The notes: generated by a model not told the origin, from the sequence alone. 64,000 nt of DNA from Pseudomonadota bacterium (GCA_040387495.1 JAZKDQ010000006.1:49391-113390), one strand, 5' to 3'; shown: positions 48,134-58,315, counted from the first letter of the stretch. Program-made: numbers and translations.

Positions 48134-49162
48134 TTAACGAACAATCGTTTTTCGCGGATCAAAGGCGTCCCGCACAGCCTCGCCAATAAAAATCAACAGG
48201 CTGAGCAACACCGCTGTCGAGAAAAACGCCGTAATACCAAGCCAAGGCGTGTGAATATTATTTTTGCCTTGTGTTATAAGTTCACCAAGAGAGGCCGACC
48301 CAGGAGGCAATCCAAATCCAAGAAAATCCAATGCTGTTAACGTACTAATTGACGTATTTAGCATAAATGGCAAATAAGTAATTGTTGCTACCATGGCATT
48401 TGGCAGAATGTGGCGCATAATAATACGAAAACTCGGCACGCCTAACGCCTCTGCAGCGCGCACATAATCAAGGGACCTGGTTCTAAAAAACTCAGCACGT
48501 ACAACGCTGGACAGCACCATCCAATTAAACAATAACATAATCCCTAAAAGCCAGCCAAAGCCGGGCTCGATCATGCTGGATAGAATCATCAGCAGGTACA
48601 AAACAGGTAACCCAGACCAAACCTCGGTCACGCGCTGAGTAATCATATCAAAGCGTCCCCCAAAATACCCTTGAAGGGCCCCCATAAAAATACCAATAAT
48701 GCCTGAAAAAAATGTCAAACACAGGCCAAATAAAATGGAAACACGATATCCATAAATAAGCCGCGCAAGCACATCACGTCCTTGGTCATCCGTGCCAAAC
48801 CAATTATCGCGTGATGGCGGCGCTGGTGCTGGTACTGATAAGTTATAATTTACTGTTGATGGACTATACGGCACAGGCGGAAAAAGCATCCAACCATCTT
48901 TTTCAACAAGTTCTTGTACAAATGCATCACGATAATTCGTGTTGGTTTCAAATGTACCACCAAAGGTCGTTTCAGGATAATTCTTAAAGATAGGGCAATA
49001 TAATTTACTTTTGTAACACACAACTAGCGGACGTTCGTTCGCGATGAATTCAGCACCCAGTGTGACAAAACACAAAGCAAGAAAGAACCAAAATGACCAA
49101 AATCCGCGTTTGTTTGCACGAAATTGAGCCAAGCGACGCTGTGTAAGTGGTGAAAGTTTCAT
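48134..49162 (-). CDS. yejE: ABC transporter permease, YejE (peptide/microcin C type)
   Basis: 342 aa. The N-terminus ...RRLAQFRANKRGFWSFWFF...EFIANERPL... and the DppC/OppC-type core ...WFGTDDQGRDVLARLIYG... are present. Confidence 0.8.
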   Translation of the reverse strand: MKLSPLTQRRLAQFRANKRGFWSFWFFLALCFVTLGAEFIANERPLVVCYKSKLYCPIFKNYPETTFGGTFETNTNYRDAFVQELVEKDGWMLFPPVPYSPSTVNYNLSVPAPAPPSRDNWFGTDDQGRDVLARLIYGYRVSILFGLCLTFFSGIIGIFMGALQGYFGGRFDMITQRVTEVWSGLPVLYLLMILSSMIEPGFGWLLGIMLLFNWMVLSSVVRAEFFRTRSLDYVRAAEALGVPSFRIIMRHILPNAMVATITYLPFMLNTSISTLTALDFLGFGLPPGSASLGELITQGKNNIHTPWLGITAFFSTAVLLSLLIFIGEAVRDAFDPRKTIVR

Positions 49163-49402
49163 AAAGGTAATATGTACCGGTGAACGTATTTGGAATGTTA
49201 CTAGTTAATAGGTAGCACGAATGGAAGCCCGTTGGAATAACTTCTATTGTTTTGGTATGCTTGCACCTGCATCTTTGTTCTACAACTATGCAATTATCAT
49301 GTAAAAAACCAACCGCTTAACATTAGCTATGGCGCATCTTTTAGCCATTGATCTTTAAAAACTCAAGAGTGACTAACTTTCTCTTTCGAGAAAATACCTA
49401 CA

Positions 49403-49855
49403 TTATCTCTTTTGCTTAAAAAAATCACTCAGCAATCGCCCGCAAATAATTTCATTAATACCACCAATAACCTCAGGTTTATGCAACGTATGCTCAAAAA
49501 CACGCGCACCATGATCTACACCGCCGCCCTTCTCATCGTATGCTCCAAAAAAGACACGGCGAACACGCGCACTGGCAATCGCCCCCGCACACATGGGGCA
49601 AGGTTCAAGCGTAACGTATAAATCACAATCGGTTAGCTGCTGCGTTTTAAGCAATTGGCATGCTTCACGAAGACATAGCATTTCAGCGTGTGCTGTAGCA
49701 TCTGAATTTTGACGCATTCGGTTGGATGCAACTGCAATCACAACGCCATCTTTTATTAAAGCCGCTCCAACGGGAACTTCATCATGCAAAAACGCATATT
49801 GAGCTTGTTCAAAAGCAACATTAAAAAAAGAAGAAGGATTCTGAGACAACATCAT
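49403..49855 (-). CDS. tadA: tRNA adenosine(34) deaminase
   Basis: 150 aa. HAEM...C and PCPMCAGA zinc-binding motifs. Confidence 0.9.
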   Translation of the reverse strand: MMLSQNPSSFFNVAFEQAQYAFLHDEVPVGAALIKDGVVIAVASNRMRQNSDATAHAEMLCLREACQLLKTQQLTDCDLYVTLEPCPMCAGAIASARVRRVFFGAYDEKGGGVDHGARVFEHTLHKPEVIGGINEIICGRLLSDFFKQKR

Positions 49856-49911
49856 TATTTTTATGTAATTTTTTTTATGGGATAAACAATTGATTCATGT
49901 GGGAGAAAGAA

Positions 49912-49988
<77 letters not shown>

Positions 49989-50206
49989 ACATGGGAATCA
50001 ATGTAGTTTTTTTATAAAGTGATTTAGGTGTGGAGTCAATAGTTTTTTTGATAAATTATCAGTTCTTTTCTCACTATCGTCGTTACGAGCCTCGTAAGAG
50101 ACGCGATAATCCAGGAAAACCTGGATCATCGCGTCAACATAAGCTTCCTTGAAGATAACAAAGAAAATAAGCGAGATAACAAGCACTAAAAGCAGAAAAG
50201 GGCTAC

Positions 50207-50779
50207 TTACGCAAGTTTTCGACTTGGATCAATCCAACCCACATGACCATCAGTGCGTCTAAAGACCACATTCATCTCGCCATTTGCTGCATTTCTAAAA
50301 ATAACAACAGGCATAGATGACAAATCCATCCGCATAACTGCATCACCAACACTTAGTGTGTGAATTTCACTCGTTGTTTCAGCAATAATCAATGGATTAT
50401 CGTCATGAGTATCTTCTTCTTGTGGTTTTATTACAAATTTTTGAACTATCTCAGCACGATGTTCGTGGTTAGCAGCATGACGCTTTTTATCACGTAGACG
50501 TGTTTTATACCGACGAATTTGTGATTCTAACTTTGTAAGCGCTGATGAAACGCTCTTATAAGGCTCAGAATCACTACCAGTACAATGCACCAGAAAACTC
50601 TTACCCACATGAAGTGTGATTTCTGTCTTAAATTGATGGTGTGCATCTTTCACCATGGTAATCGTTACTTCATGCGCATCTTCCATATAACGCATAATAA
50701 CAGTTTCAATTTCTTTGTTGATAAACTCTTTCAAGCTATCGCCAATTTCCATTTGTTTTCCTGTAATTGTGATTATCAT
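50207..50779 (-). CDS. hpf: Ribosome hibernation promoting factor, long form
   Basis: Preferred start is ATG 50779 (MIITITGKQMEIGDSLKEFI...). The C-terminal dimerisation domain is ...LSVGDAVMRMDLSSMPVVIFRNAANGEMNVVFRRTDGHVGWIDP. Confidence 0.85.
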   Translation of the reverse strand: MIITITGKQMEIGDSLKEFINKEIETVIMRYMEDAHEVTITMVKDAHHQFKTEITLHVGKSFLVHCTGSDSEPYKSVSSALTKLESQIRRYKTRLRDKKRHAANHEHRAEIVQKFVIKPQEEDTHDDNPLIIAETTSEIHTLSVGDAVMRMDLSSMPVVIFRNAANGEMNVVFRRTDGHVGWIDPSRKLA

Positions 50780-50968
50780 AATATGATGTCCCTTTCTACG
50801 GTTCTCAGTTAATAAGAATAGTTTTCGCACACTCCTTCGTCAAGGCCTAGAGACGCGAATTCCGAGTGAAAATTCATTTTTTATGCATAATATAAAAAAT
50901 AATCTTTCATCCTTCCTCTAAGATGCTTATAAATAAGTGTATAGCTTAGATTTGAAACGACTTAAAAA

Positions 50969-51433
50969 TTGATGAAAAAACATATCCACCTAATACTTGC
51001 AACATTCATGATTTCGGCGTGCAGCCCTTTTATTGACAACCGTGGCTTCAACCATGAAACTCTTGATATTTCAAAAATAACCATTGGTACCGATACAAAA
51101 GAAACTGTTATGGAAAAATTCGGCTCTCCTTCAACGACAGCATTATATCCCTCACAGCCAGGCAGCAAAGAAACAAAATGGTACTATATTACGAAACGTA
51201 CATCGACTAAGGCGTTTTTCAAACCAGAAACATTAAACCAACAAACGGTTGCAATCTGTTTTAACGAAAAAGGTATCGTAGACGATATTCTAAAAATTGA
51301 AGGCGAGACTATTATTTCGATGAACCCTGACAAAACAATAAGCACAGGATATGAATCAAATGTGATGCGTGATATTTTTGGGAACTTTGGTCGCTACAGT
51401 GCGAAAAGCCCGGTTCCTCAAAACAATCATTAA
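50969..51433 (+). CDS. bamE: Outer membrane protein assembly factor BamE (SmpA/OmlA) lipoprotein
   Basis: 154 aa. Lipobox MISAC followed by ...IDNRGF...I..G.....V...GSPS... typical of BamE. Confidence 0.75.
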   Translation: MMKKHIHLILATFMISACSPFIDNRGFNHETLDISKITIGTDTKETVMEKFGSPSTTALYPSQPGSKETKWYYITKRTSTKAFFKPETLNQQTVAICFNEKGIVDDILKIEGETIISMNPDKTISTGYESNVMRDIFGNFGRYSAKSPVPQNNH

Positions 51434-51436
51434 ATC

Positions 51437-51907
51437 ATGACGTTGCAGGTTTCATTTTATCAATTAATGCTCACACCGATGGAAAAAGTCGTGCCGCGCA
51501 TTGTTGATAAAATTTACGCCTCAAAATTACGTGCCATGATTTGGATTGAAAATGATGAAAAGTTGGCCTTATTAAACACATCGCTTTGGACCTACTCAAC
51601 CCTTGCATTTATACCTCACGGTTGCCGCCTTGATTCGGAAGAAACAAAAGATCAACAACCCATTTGGCTGTCGACCGCCCTTGAGAATCCCAATCAATCG
51701 AGTGTTTGTATGGTCACCAATGGGTGCATAGTGTTAAATCCAGGATCACTTGGGTTTGATCGCATAGTTGATATCTTTGATGCAACAATCGCCGAAACAC
51801 GAGATGGTGCAGCTTCGTATGCAGAACGATTAAACTTTTATAACGCGAAGAATGCCGCAATCACACAGTGGCAACAAACTAAAGAAGGCTGGCAGAAGCT
51901 GACATGA
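51437..51907 (+). CDS. holC: DNA polymerase III subunit chi
   Basis: 156 aa. Starts ...VSFYQL... and has ...LNTSLWTYSTLAFIPHG... (compare E. coli HolC ATFYLL ... LDEALW...SFVPH). Confidence 0.7.
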   Translation: MTLQVSFYQLMLTPMEKVVPRIVDKIYASKLRAMIWIENDEKLALLNTSLWTYSTLAFIPHGCRLDSEETKDQQPIWLSTALENPNQSSVCMVTNGCIVLNPGSLGFDRIVDIFDATIAETRDGAASYAERLNFYNAKNAAITQWQQTKEGWQKLT

Positions 51908-52614
51908 CAGTGCTTATCACACGTCCACTAGCGGCAGCGAAACGTACAGAGCAAACCTTTCAATCAGCCGGCATTACAACATGGCTCGCCCCTGTTTTGG
52001 CCATCATCCCTATTCCCGCAACCATTAATCCCATTGCATACGATGCAATCATTACCACATCTGGCAATGGCGTAGAATCCTTCGCAATTCATACACAAAA
52101 TAGAGATCTCTCCATCTTTTGCGCAGGCGCGGTCTCTGCTGCCATCGCGCGCGAGCTTGGCTTTCAGTCTATTTCTTACCCAGACATACCAGGTGCAAAA
52201 GATCTAATTACTCTTGTCAAACATTCTTCCTTCAAACGTCTTGGCTACATACGTGGTGAAGTCGTTAAAATCGATATCGCAGAAGAGCTGGCAAACATCC
52301 CAGGCATGCACATCGATACACACATTACGTATAAAACTGTTCCAACAACTGACTGGTCACATGAAACAGTAGGTTTATTTCATGCAAAGAAAGTAACTGC
52401 TATCACGTTTTATTCGGAACATAGTGCGCGCATAATACTTGATTTACTGAAATCACATAGCCTTTTATACTATACATCATCGATCACAGCGCTTTGCCTA
52501 AGCGATGCTATATCTGATATAATTCAAATGAATATATGGAAAAATATTGTGATAGGATCGACATCAGAGGAATTAGCAGCTAACTTACTAGAAACAAGTG
52601 TAAAAGTGGGGTAA
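51904..52614 (+). CDS. hemD: Uroporphyrinogen-III synthase
   Basis: 236 aa. MTVLITRP... start, two-lobed HemD-like pattern, and position next to the HemY-like gene. Confidence 0.7.
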   Translation: MTVLITRPLAAAKRTEQTFQSAGITTWLAPVLAIIPIPATINPIAYDAIITTSGNGVESFAIHTQNRDLSIFCAGAVSAAIARELGFQSISYPDIPGAKDLITLVKHSSFKRLGYIRGEVVKIDIAEELANIPGMHIDTHITYKTVPTTDWSHETVGLFHAKKVTAITFYSEHSARIILDLLKSHSLLYYTSSITALCLSDAISDIIQMNIWKNIVIGSTSEELAANLLETSVKVG

Positions 52615-52619
52615 TACCA

Positions 52620-53564
52620 ATGACCATAGATAACGACGAAACACAACTACCACAAGAAAAACCTTGGTTTCTTTCTCAGCTTTTCAAAACTTTGTTAATC
52701 ACAGGCTCTATAAACTTGATACTCTGGGGCGGAGTTATTACAGCGTTACCTTTTTTTGGTCCAGAAATTGAAAATCTTCTTTTTCCATCGATTAAGAAGT
52801 TTCAAAATTTACGCAATGAACTCGATCGTGTTCACGTGATTCAAGATGAAAAGAGTAAGGCATTGACAGCACTAACAGAACAAACACAAAAGGAACTTGC
52901 TGCGCTTAAGGAATCTCTCAATAAGCTTTCCGACCAAGTAAAAGTGCTGCACGATCGTGTATCAACATCTGCCAATCTGCCTGCTTCTGGATTAAGCGAG
53001 AGTGCTAAGCACTGGCATGCCTTACTACAACAATTTGATAAAGGAGAACCTTTTGAAGAACAACTGCATGCTCTCAGCCCATTTATTGCTGGGAATAAAG
53101 ATATTTTAATGGCGGTGCATGAATTGGTTAATGTAGCTTCTAAAAAAACAAAACCTTTCCATAAGCTGACCGAGGAATTACTCACCCTAAAAAAAGACTT
53201 ACTCAGTGCTCAGCATAGAAATGATAGCAATCCATCCGCAGGTACGAAAAGCAATTCATGGCTCAGCAGTCTTTGTGAAAAGGCAAAAAGCCAAATATTA
53301 TCTGAGCGTACAGATCAAGCTGCTATTAAGGCCGCCAGTCCATCCACAAAGGAAATATTAATAAAAACAATTGAAACGGCTATTTCCTTGATTGAAAAAC
53401 ATCAATTTGAAGAGGCTATCAAAACAATAAAAGAACAACAAGTACTCGCAAAGCCCATCTTTGAACAATGGATTGCTGATGCTGACATGCGAGTTTCTGT
53501 AGGACAAAAAATCGAAACCCTGAGGCAACGAATTGCCCCACTTCTTAACAAAAAGGTGAGTTAA
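52620..53564 (+). CDS. Membrane-anchored coiled-coil protein, candidate alphaproteobacterial Mic60 (mitofilin-like)
   Basis: 314 aa with one N-terminal TM (LLITGSINLILWGGVITALPFFG), a coiled-coil centre and a conserved-looking C-terminal block. It sits between hemD and the hemY-like gene, which is the context reported for alphaproteobacterial Mic60 homologues. The mitofilin domain was not verified. Confidence 0.5.
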   Translation: MTIDNDETQLPQEKPWFLSQLFKTLLITGSINLILWGGVITALPFFGPEIENLLFPSIKKFQNLRNELDRVHVIQDEKSKALTALTEQTQKELAALKESLNKLSDQVKVLHDRVSTSANLPASGLSESAKHWHALLQQFDKGEPFEEQLHALSPFIAGNKDILMAVHELVNVASKKTKPFHKLTEELLTLKKDLLSAQHRNDSNPSAGTKSNSWLSSLCEKAKSQILSERTDQAAIKAASPSTKEILIKTIETAISLIEKHQFEEAIKTIKEQQVLAKPIFEQWIADADMRVSVGQKIETLRQRIAPLLNKKVS

Positions 53565-54919
53565 TGCGCATTTTTCATGGATCACGATTTTTCTTTAAAC
53601 TCTCGCTTATTTGCGTTATTGCTACATTATTCACGCTTTACCCAGGTCAATTTAGCATTGAATGGTTCGGGCATAAAAAGACAATGCCCATTACTTACTT
53701 GTTGGCATCATTGTTTACCCTAGTGTCTGCACTTATATTAATTCATCATTGCTGGCGCTGGTTTCAAGATATTCCAAATCGCACCAAAGGATTTTTTCAA
53801 AAAAGACGCATCAAGAAATTCGAAGATGTTGTCATCGAGGGCTTAACAGCCATTGCTGCCCAACAACCAGAGGAAGCACAAAGTTACGCAGATCTTGCGC
53901 GCGGTTTAGCGCCGAACCATCCATTGGCGCTTTTCCTAACTGGGCAAACGTCTTATTTAACGCAAGATTATGCCTTGGCACAGAGCACGTTTGCACTCAT
54001 GACTGAACAGGCTCCTCTCAAGTTTCTTGGTCTTCGTGGCTCAACATTGCTTGCCGTAGAACGCCAAGACTGGGCGCGCGCGCAATCCTATCTTGAACAA
54101 CTGTATGAAATTCGTCCTGATTCACCATGGGTACTTAAGCAACTAGAGCTTAATTCGCTCAAACTCGCCTTGGTTGATTCAACAAACAAAGCAATCGACA
54201 TGCTGCCGTTTTATCGTCACTTGCCAAAGGCAGATGCACTTATGCATCAAGGTTTATTGCTCTGGATAAAGCTTAAACATAACACGTGTGTAAAGCTTAC
54301 CGAGGCTCAGCAACTTGATTTGCTCAAGAACACCTATGAAATGATTCCATCAAACCCTGTTGTGGCATCTGAGTTTGCCTATGCTCTGCAGAACCATCAG
54401 CAAAAACAAAAAGCGCTACGTATTTTACAGCGTAGTTATAAACTATCGCCCCATCGATTGCTTGCTGAAACATGGAAACATATCCATAACGTTTCAGAAC
54501 CCATCGATACCTATCGGAAAATTGAAAAACTGACAGCGCAATATCCACACCACGAGGAAAGCTATTGGTTGCTTGCCAAAGCGGCACTTGATGCTGATTT
54601 GTGGGGGCAAGCGCGTCATCATATTCAGCCACTTCTGCATGATCTGCCTACGAAAAGCACGTACCAACTAATGGTCGAAATCGAACATCGCGAGCATCCT
54701 GATCAAGGATTCAAAGCTGATTTCTGGCGCACAAAGCTGGTCGAAATTCATCACGAATGGGAATGGACATGCCATAATTGCAATCATGCAGCACCAACAT
54801 GGGATGCATTTTGTTCGGCGTGCGGTCAATTTGGCAGTATTGATTGGAAAAAGACGTCGCTTATTGCACCAGCACCGCTGAGCAATATGACCGCAATTGC
54901 ACATTCTCGGATTATTTAA
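53564..54919 (+). CDS. HemY-like TPR membrane protein with C-terminal CxxC...CxxC zinc ribbon
   Basis: 451 aa. Two N-terminal TM segments, TPR-like middle region, and C-terminal CHNCNHAAPTWDAFCSACGQ. Confidence 0.7.
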   Translation: MRIFHGSRFFFKLSLICVIATLFTLYPGQFSIEWFGHKKTMPITYLLASLFTLVSALILIHHCWRWFQDIPNRTKGFFQKRRIKKFEDVVIEGLTAIAAQQPEEAQSYADLARGLAPNHPLALFLTGQTSYLTQDYALAQSTFALMTEQAPLKFLGLRGSTLLAVERQDWARAQSYLEQLYEIRPDSPWVLKQLELNSLKLALVDSTNKAIDMLPFYRHLPKADALMHQGLLLWIKLKHNTCVKLTEAQQLDLLKNTYEMIPSNPVVASEFAYALQNHQQKQKALRILQRSYKLSPHRLLAETWKHIHNVSEPIDTYRKIEKLTAQYPHHEESYWLLAKAALDADLWGQARHHIQPLLHDLPTKSTYQLMVEIEHREHPDQGFKADFWRTKLVEIHHEWEWTCHNCNHAAPTWDAFCSACGQFGSIDWKKTSLIAPAPLSNMTAIAHSRII

Positions 54920-54925
54920 ATATTC

Positions 54926-55894
54926 ATGCAATTAACCCTTCCAGAACCAACAGGACAGTATAGAATAGGCCTCACGAAATTTGAACTTTATGATGAGGAC
55001 CGCCCCGAAATTGAGCACCCTAAAGGACGTTTAATCCCATTTCAAATTTATTTTCCGACTATCATTGGTACAAATTCTCCTCAACCAAAAATATTCGAAC
55101 CCCGTGCGCCAAGAACATTCTCGCCACTCGATGTAATGGGATACAGTTCCCCTGCCCACCTTTCAAAACTAGCCCCAGGGCAACACCCAATTATTTTTTT
55201 AAATCATGGGCATGATGTTGCGATGACAGATTATGCATGCATTGCTGAGGATCTTGCATCGCATGGATATATAGTTTTTTCAATTCAACATCAGCTTGAT
55301 ACGGACAAAGATCCTCCGGAGTTTTGGAAAGAGCGCAGTATTTCAAAATATGCGAACGTTATTGACAACATATTATATGTATTTGAATGGCTAAAACAAA
55401 AGCAGGCGGATCTTTTCAACAGTAAACTTTATCTTTCAAAAATAGGACTAATTGGCCACTCACTAGGTGGAAATGCTTTACAACTTTTTGCAAATCGAGC
55501 TGCTTCTTCCTTTAAAAAGAAAGAAAGGCTGACATTGCTGCCACACGATACTACTAATGCGGAGATAAAAGAATGCATTATTGTTTTGGATGCAGGCGGG
55601 GTTTCATACCCAAGCAGCAATCAATTTCCATTTCTTTTTCTATTATCAGGTGAGCGCGAATCTTATCAAAAAGAATCTGCCATGTATGATGATATGATCA
55701 AAATTGGTCACAAAGTGAAATATTACCCGGGATCTAAACATATTAGTTTCATGGATCACGGCTATGTCGATCCGCCTAATCCCGTTAATGCATGCGAACA
55801 TTATTTTAATGGGACGCGTGCTGAAATTGATGTCTTCTGGCAAACATTACCTCAGGATATTCGTGATTTTTTAAAACAAAACGGGGTGACTTAA
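54926..55894 (+). CDS. Alpha/beta hydrolase, PAF-acetylhydrolase / lipase-like
   Basis: 322 aa. The N-terminus is GQYRIGLTKFELYDEDRPE...FQIYFP. The nucleophile elbow is GHSLGG. Downstream D and H candidates are present. Confidence 0.65.
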   Translation: MQLTLPEPTGQYRIGLTKFELYDEDRPEIEHPKGRLIPFQIYFPTIIGTNSPQPKIFEPRAPRTFSPLDVMGYSSPAHLSKLAPGQHPIIFLNHGHDVAMTDYACIAEDLASHGYIVFSIQHQLDTDKDPPEFWKERSISKYANVIDNILYVFEWLKQKQADLFNSKLYLSKIGLIGHSLGGNALQLFANRAASSFKKKERLTLLPHDTTNAEIKECIIVLDAGGVSYPSSNQFPFLFLLSGERESYQKESAMYDDMIKIGHKVKYYPGSKHISFMDHGYVDPPNPVNACEHYFNGTRAEIDVFWQTLPQDIRDFLKQNGVT

Positions 55895-55964
55895 AATGAT
55901 ATCATCGTCATTTCTTAGGATTAGGTGTATAAATATACTCAGATTAAATTAATAGGAATGCTCC

Positions 55965-56186
55965 ATGCAACTAACTCTCATGACCAGCATTGTTGTCTAT
56001 TTTATCACGTGGTGGGTAGTGCTGTTTATGGTGCTGCCAATTGGCATTAGGCAAAACAGATCCCCTGCCAAAGGCTGGGATGCCGGTGCGCCGCGCAATC
56101 CAAACATCAAACACAAATTGCTTATGGTAACGATTATCACCACTGTTTTGTTTGCTGTATATATTGCCGTAATGCTGTGGGTTTAA
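55965..56186 (+). CDS. DUF1467 family small membrane protein
   Basis: 73 aa, two TM. ...FITWWVVLFMVLPIG...GAPRNPNIKHK... matches the conserved alphaproteobacterial DUF1467 pattern. Confidence 0.75.
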   Translation: MQLTLMTSIVVYFITWWVVLFMVLPIGIRQNRSPAKGWDAGAPRNPNIKHKLLMVTIITTVLFAVYIAVMLWV

Positions 56187-56212
56187 GGCTAATCCACTAG
56201 GCCTCAACTATG

Positions 56213-58315
56213 TTATTCTTCAATTTCACCGACACATGTTTTCAAGTAATATCCCAGACTTTTGTTTTTCAAAATAGCTTCAGCTTCTTCCCAAGATATG
56301 CCACGTTTATATTTTAAACTTTCCAAAACACGTACAATTGACAAGGAAACCACGGATGCATCGTTATGTTCTTGCTTGTAATTCATGACATCAAACAAAA
56401 CGGCATTGGCTGCTGCATAGCTAATGAGAGGACAATTCCCATAGTATTTAATCCATGCTGGATGTGCTAACTGTTCATTGACATGATTCTCTATCAAAAA
56501 CGTTGCCCGATCGATTAATTTTAAATTAGATGGTTTTACATAAGTCATTGTGTTGCCAACAATTCGCCCAAGTTTTGCCATTACTGCCGTTGAATGTGCA
56601 TTCATTAACATTTTAAGGCTAATTTGTTGATTGAGGCCAAGGGGATCTCCTTGTTGAAAAACTGGTGTCGCCAAAACAGTGGCATTTGGATACATATTTC
56701 TTATTTTTTCCAAATTTTGTTTTGTTAACGTGTTTGGTGCAATGGCAACAATGACTAATTTAGTATTAACTGATGAGAACAAAACGAGCCACTTTGCAAA
56801 AAGCACCTCAATTGGCTGTTCATCTGAGAACAATACGATAACACCCAAATTATTTTCAACAGGCTTTCGATTAGCAATATTAGCCGATGAAAAAGAAAAA
56901 TCATAAATATATTGCTGGTCATTGCCAGCTTTGTTCAAACTTTTTAATGCTGTTTCTCGTGAATGTGGATCATCTATTTCATTCTCAAAATAAGGCTTAT
57001 AAAATGATGAATCTAAGCCTCTAAAAGGTCGCTGCAAGAGTGCAAACCAAGCCTCTTGACGATTATCAGCTGGCGAACAAATTTGAATCCACGACTTTCT
57101 CTCTTGTCTATTAACTGGATCCAATGGATAAAGACTAAATGTTGGTGCTCGCTCTGTTGAATCAGTAAAAACGGTTAACAATGCTTGCTGAGCTACATAT
57201 GTTGTGCGGTTATGCGAAGCGTATGTTTCTGATTCTAGGTCTGTCCATTTACTAAGCGAACTAGCCATATTAAAAATATTTTGTTGAAGATCAACAAAGC
57301 TTAACAGACGTTTTTTTATAGTCATGCCAGGGGGAAAACCAAGCTTTTCCAATTCCTGGTCAGATAAATACTGTTTCAACAGAGTACGAATGGCATCTTC
57401 TAGTATGATCCCCATTACAAAGAGCGCGCTCGTGGTTGCTTGCATGCGTGTTGAGCCAGCCAATGCTTGAGGTCCAGTCGTTAAATTTATTTTTATAATA
57501 GAAGAATCATCAAGAACTGAACGACTTCTATGAAATGGATATAGCAAATTATCAGGATTATTATACAGAAAAAATAATTTTCCTGGTTTCTGGTCCCTGC
57601 TTTGTTGGGCGGCATCTAAAATAGTGCCAATGACGGCGGAAGTCTCTCCGCCTTCACTAATAGCAAACACGACATCCTCTTTGGTAATTTGGTAATTTTG
57701 TTTTTGCAACTTACCAATTAGCTGTAAATCCTCAAACCCCTCCAGCGAACTAATCAGCGCGCGATCTCCCCCTGTCATTTCCCCTATAAGTTGTTCTTCA
57801 ATATCAGAAAAATGCGGGCCTATTTTTTTCCATTCAGGTTTTGTTTGTACATTCATCCAAAAAGAACGCCACAATGAACTTTCAATTTGTTTTGCTAAAC
57901 GACCGGGGGAGCCAGTGCCATATATATAAATTTTTCGTCGTTGCTTAATCGCTTTTTGAATAGCTTCTGAAGCTTTTTTTAATTTTTCCATATATGCTGG
58001 ATTTCCTGCCATCTCCGTGAATTTTTGAGAAATATCAGCATCGACAGACAGCAAGGCCTGCAATCCAGCCGTTGTGTTATCAATACATACGTCACTTAAG
58101 TTTATTGTTTTTGGATGGCGTTGTTCGGTTAAAAGACTATGAACCTGAAATTGCTTTTTATTTTTTACATAATCAATAGATTGAGCAGATGGGGAGATAT
58201 TTAATATTTTTAAAACAGTGGATGACACCTGTGCTCTTGACGAGAAAATTATATATATCAATATAATTGCAATAAAAAAACTTACTATAAATTTAAATGT
58301 GTTTTCGATTAACAT
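56213..58315 (-). CDS. Membrane-anchored double-SIS protein of the MurQ etherase / glucokinase-regulatory-protein (GKRP) superfamily
   Basis: ORF track 56213..58357. Preferred start is ATG 58315 (MLIENTFKFIVSFFIAIILIYIIFSS = TM anchor). TEQRHPKTINLS (cf. TE..NP.T..ID), YIYGTGSPGRLA, MTGGDRALISSLEGFEDL, TTGPQALAGSTRMQATTS, and a C-terminal ...NAHSTAVMAKLGRIVGNTMTYVKPSNLKLIDRA... all parallel human GKRP. At 700 aa it has the GKRP-type two-domain length, not the 300-aa MurQ length. Confidence 0.65.
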   Translation of the reverse strand: MLIENTFKFIVSFFIAIILIYIIFSSRAQVSSTVLKILNISPSAQSIDYVKNKKQFQVHSLLTEQRHPKTINLSDVCIDNTTAGLQALLSVDADISQKFTEMAGNPAYMEKLKKASEAIQKAIKQRRKIYIYGTGSPGRLAKQIESSLWRSFWMNVQTKPEWKKIGPHFSDIEEQLIGEMTGGDRALISSLEGFEDLQLIGKLQKQNYQITKEDVVFAISEGGETSAVIGTILDAAQQSRDQKPGKLFFLYNNPDNLLYPFHRSRSVLDDSSIIKINLTTGPQALAGSTRMQATTSALFVMGIILEDAIRTLLKQYLSDQELEKLGFPPGMTIKKRLLSFVDLQQNIFNMASSLSKWTDLESETYASHNRTTYVAQQALLTVFTDSTERAPTFSLYPLDPVNRQERKSWIQICSPADNRQEAWFALLQRPFRGLDSSFYKPYFENEIDDPHSRETALKSLNKAGNDQQYIYDFSFSSANIANRKPVENNLGVIVLFSDEQPIEVLFAKWLVLFSSVNTKLVIVAIAPNTLTKQNLEKIRNMYPNATVLATPVFQQGDPLGLNQQISLKMLMNAHSTAVMAKLGRIVGNTMTYVKPSNLKLIDRATFLIENHVNEQLAHPAWIKYYGNCPLISYAAANAVLFDVMNYKQEHNDASVVSLSIVRVLESLKYKRGISWEEAEAILKNKSLGYYLKTCVGEIEE

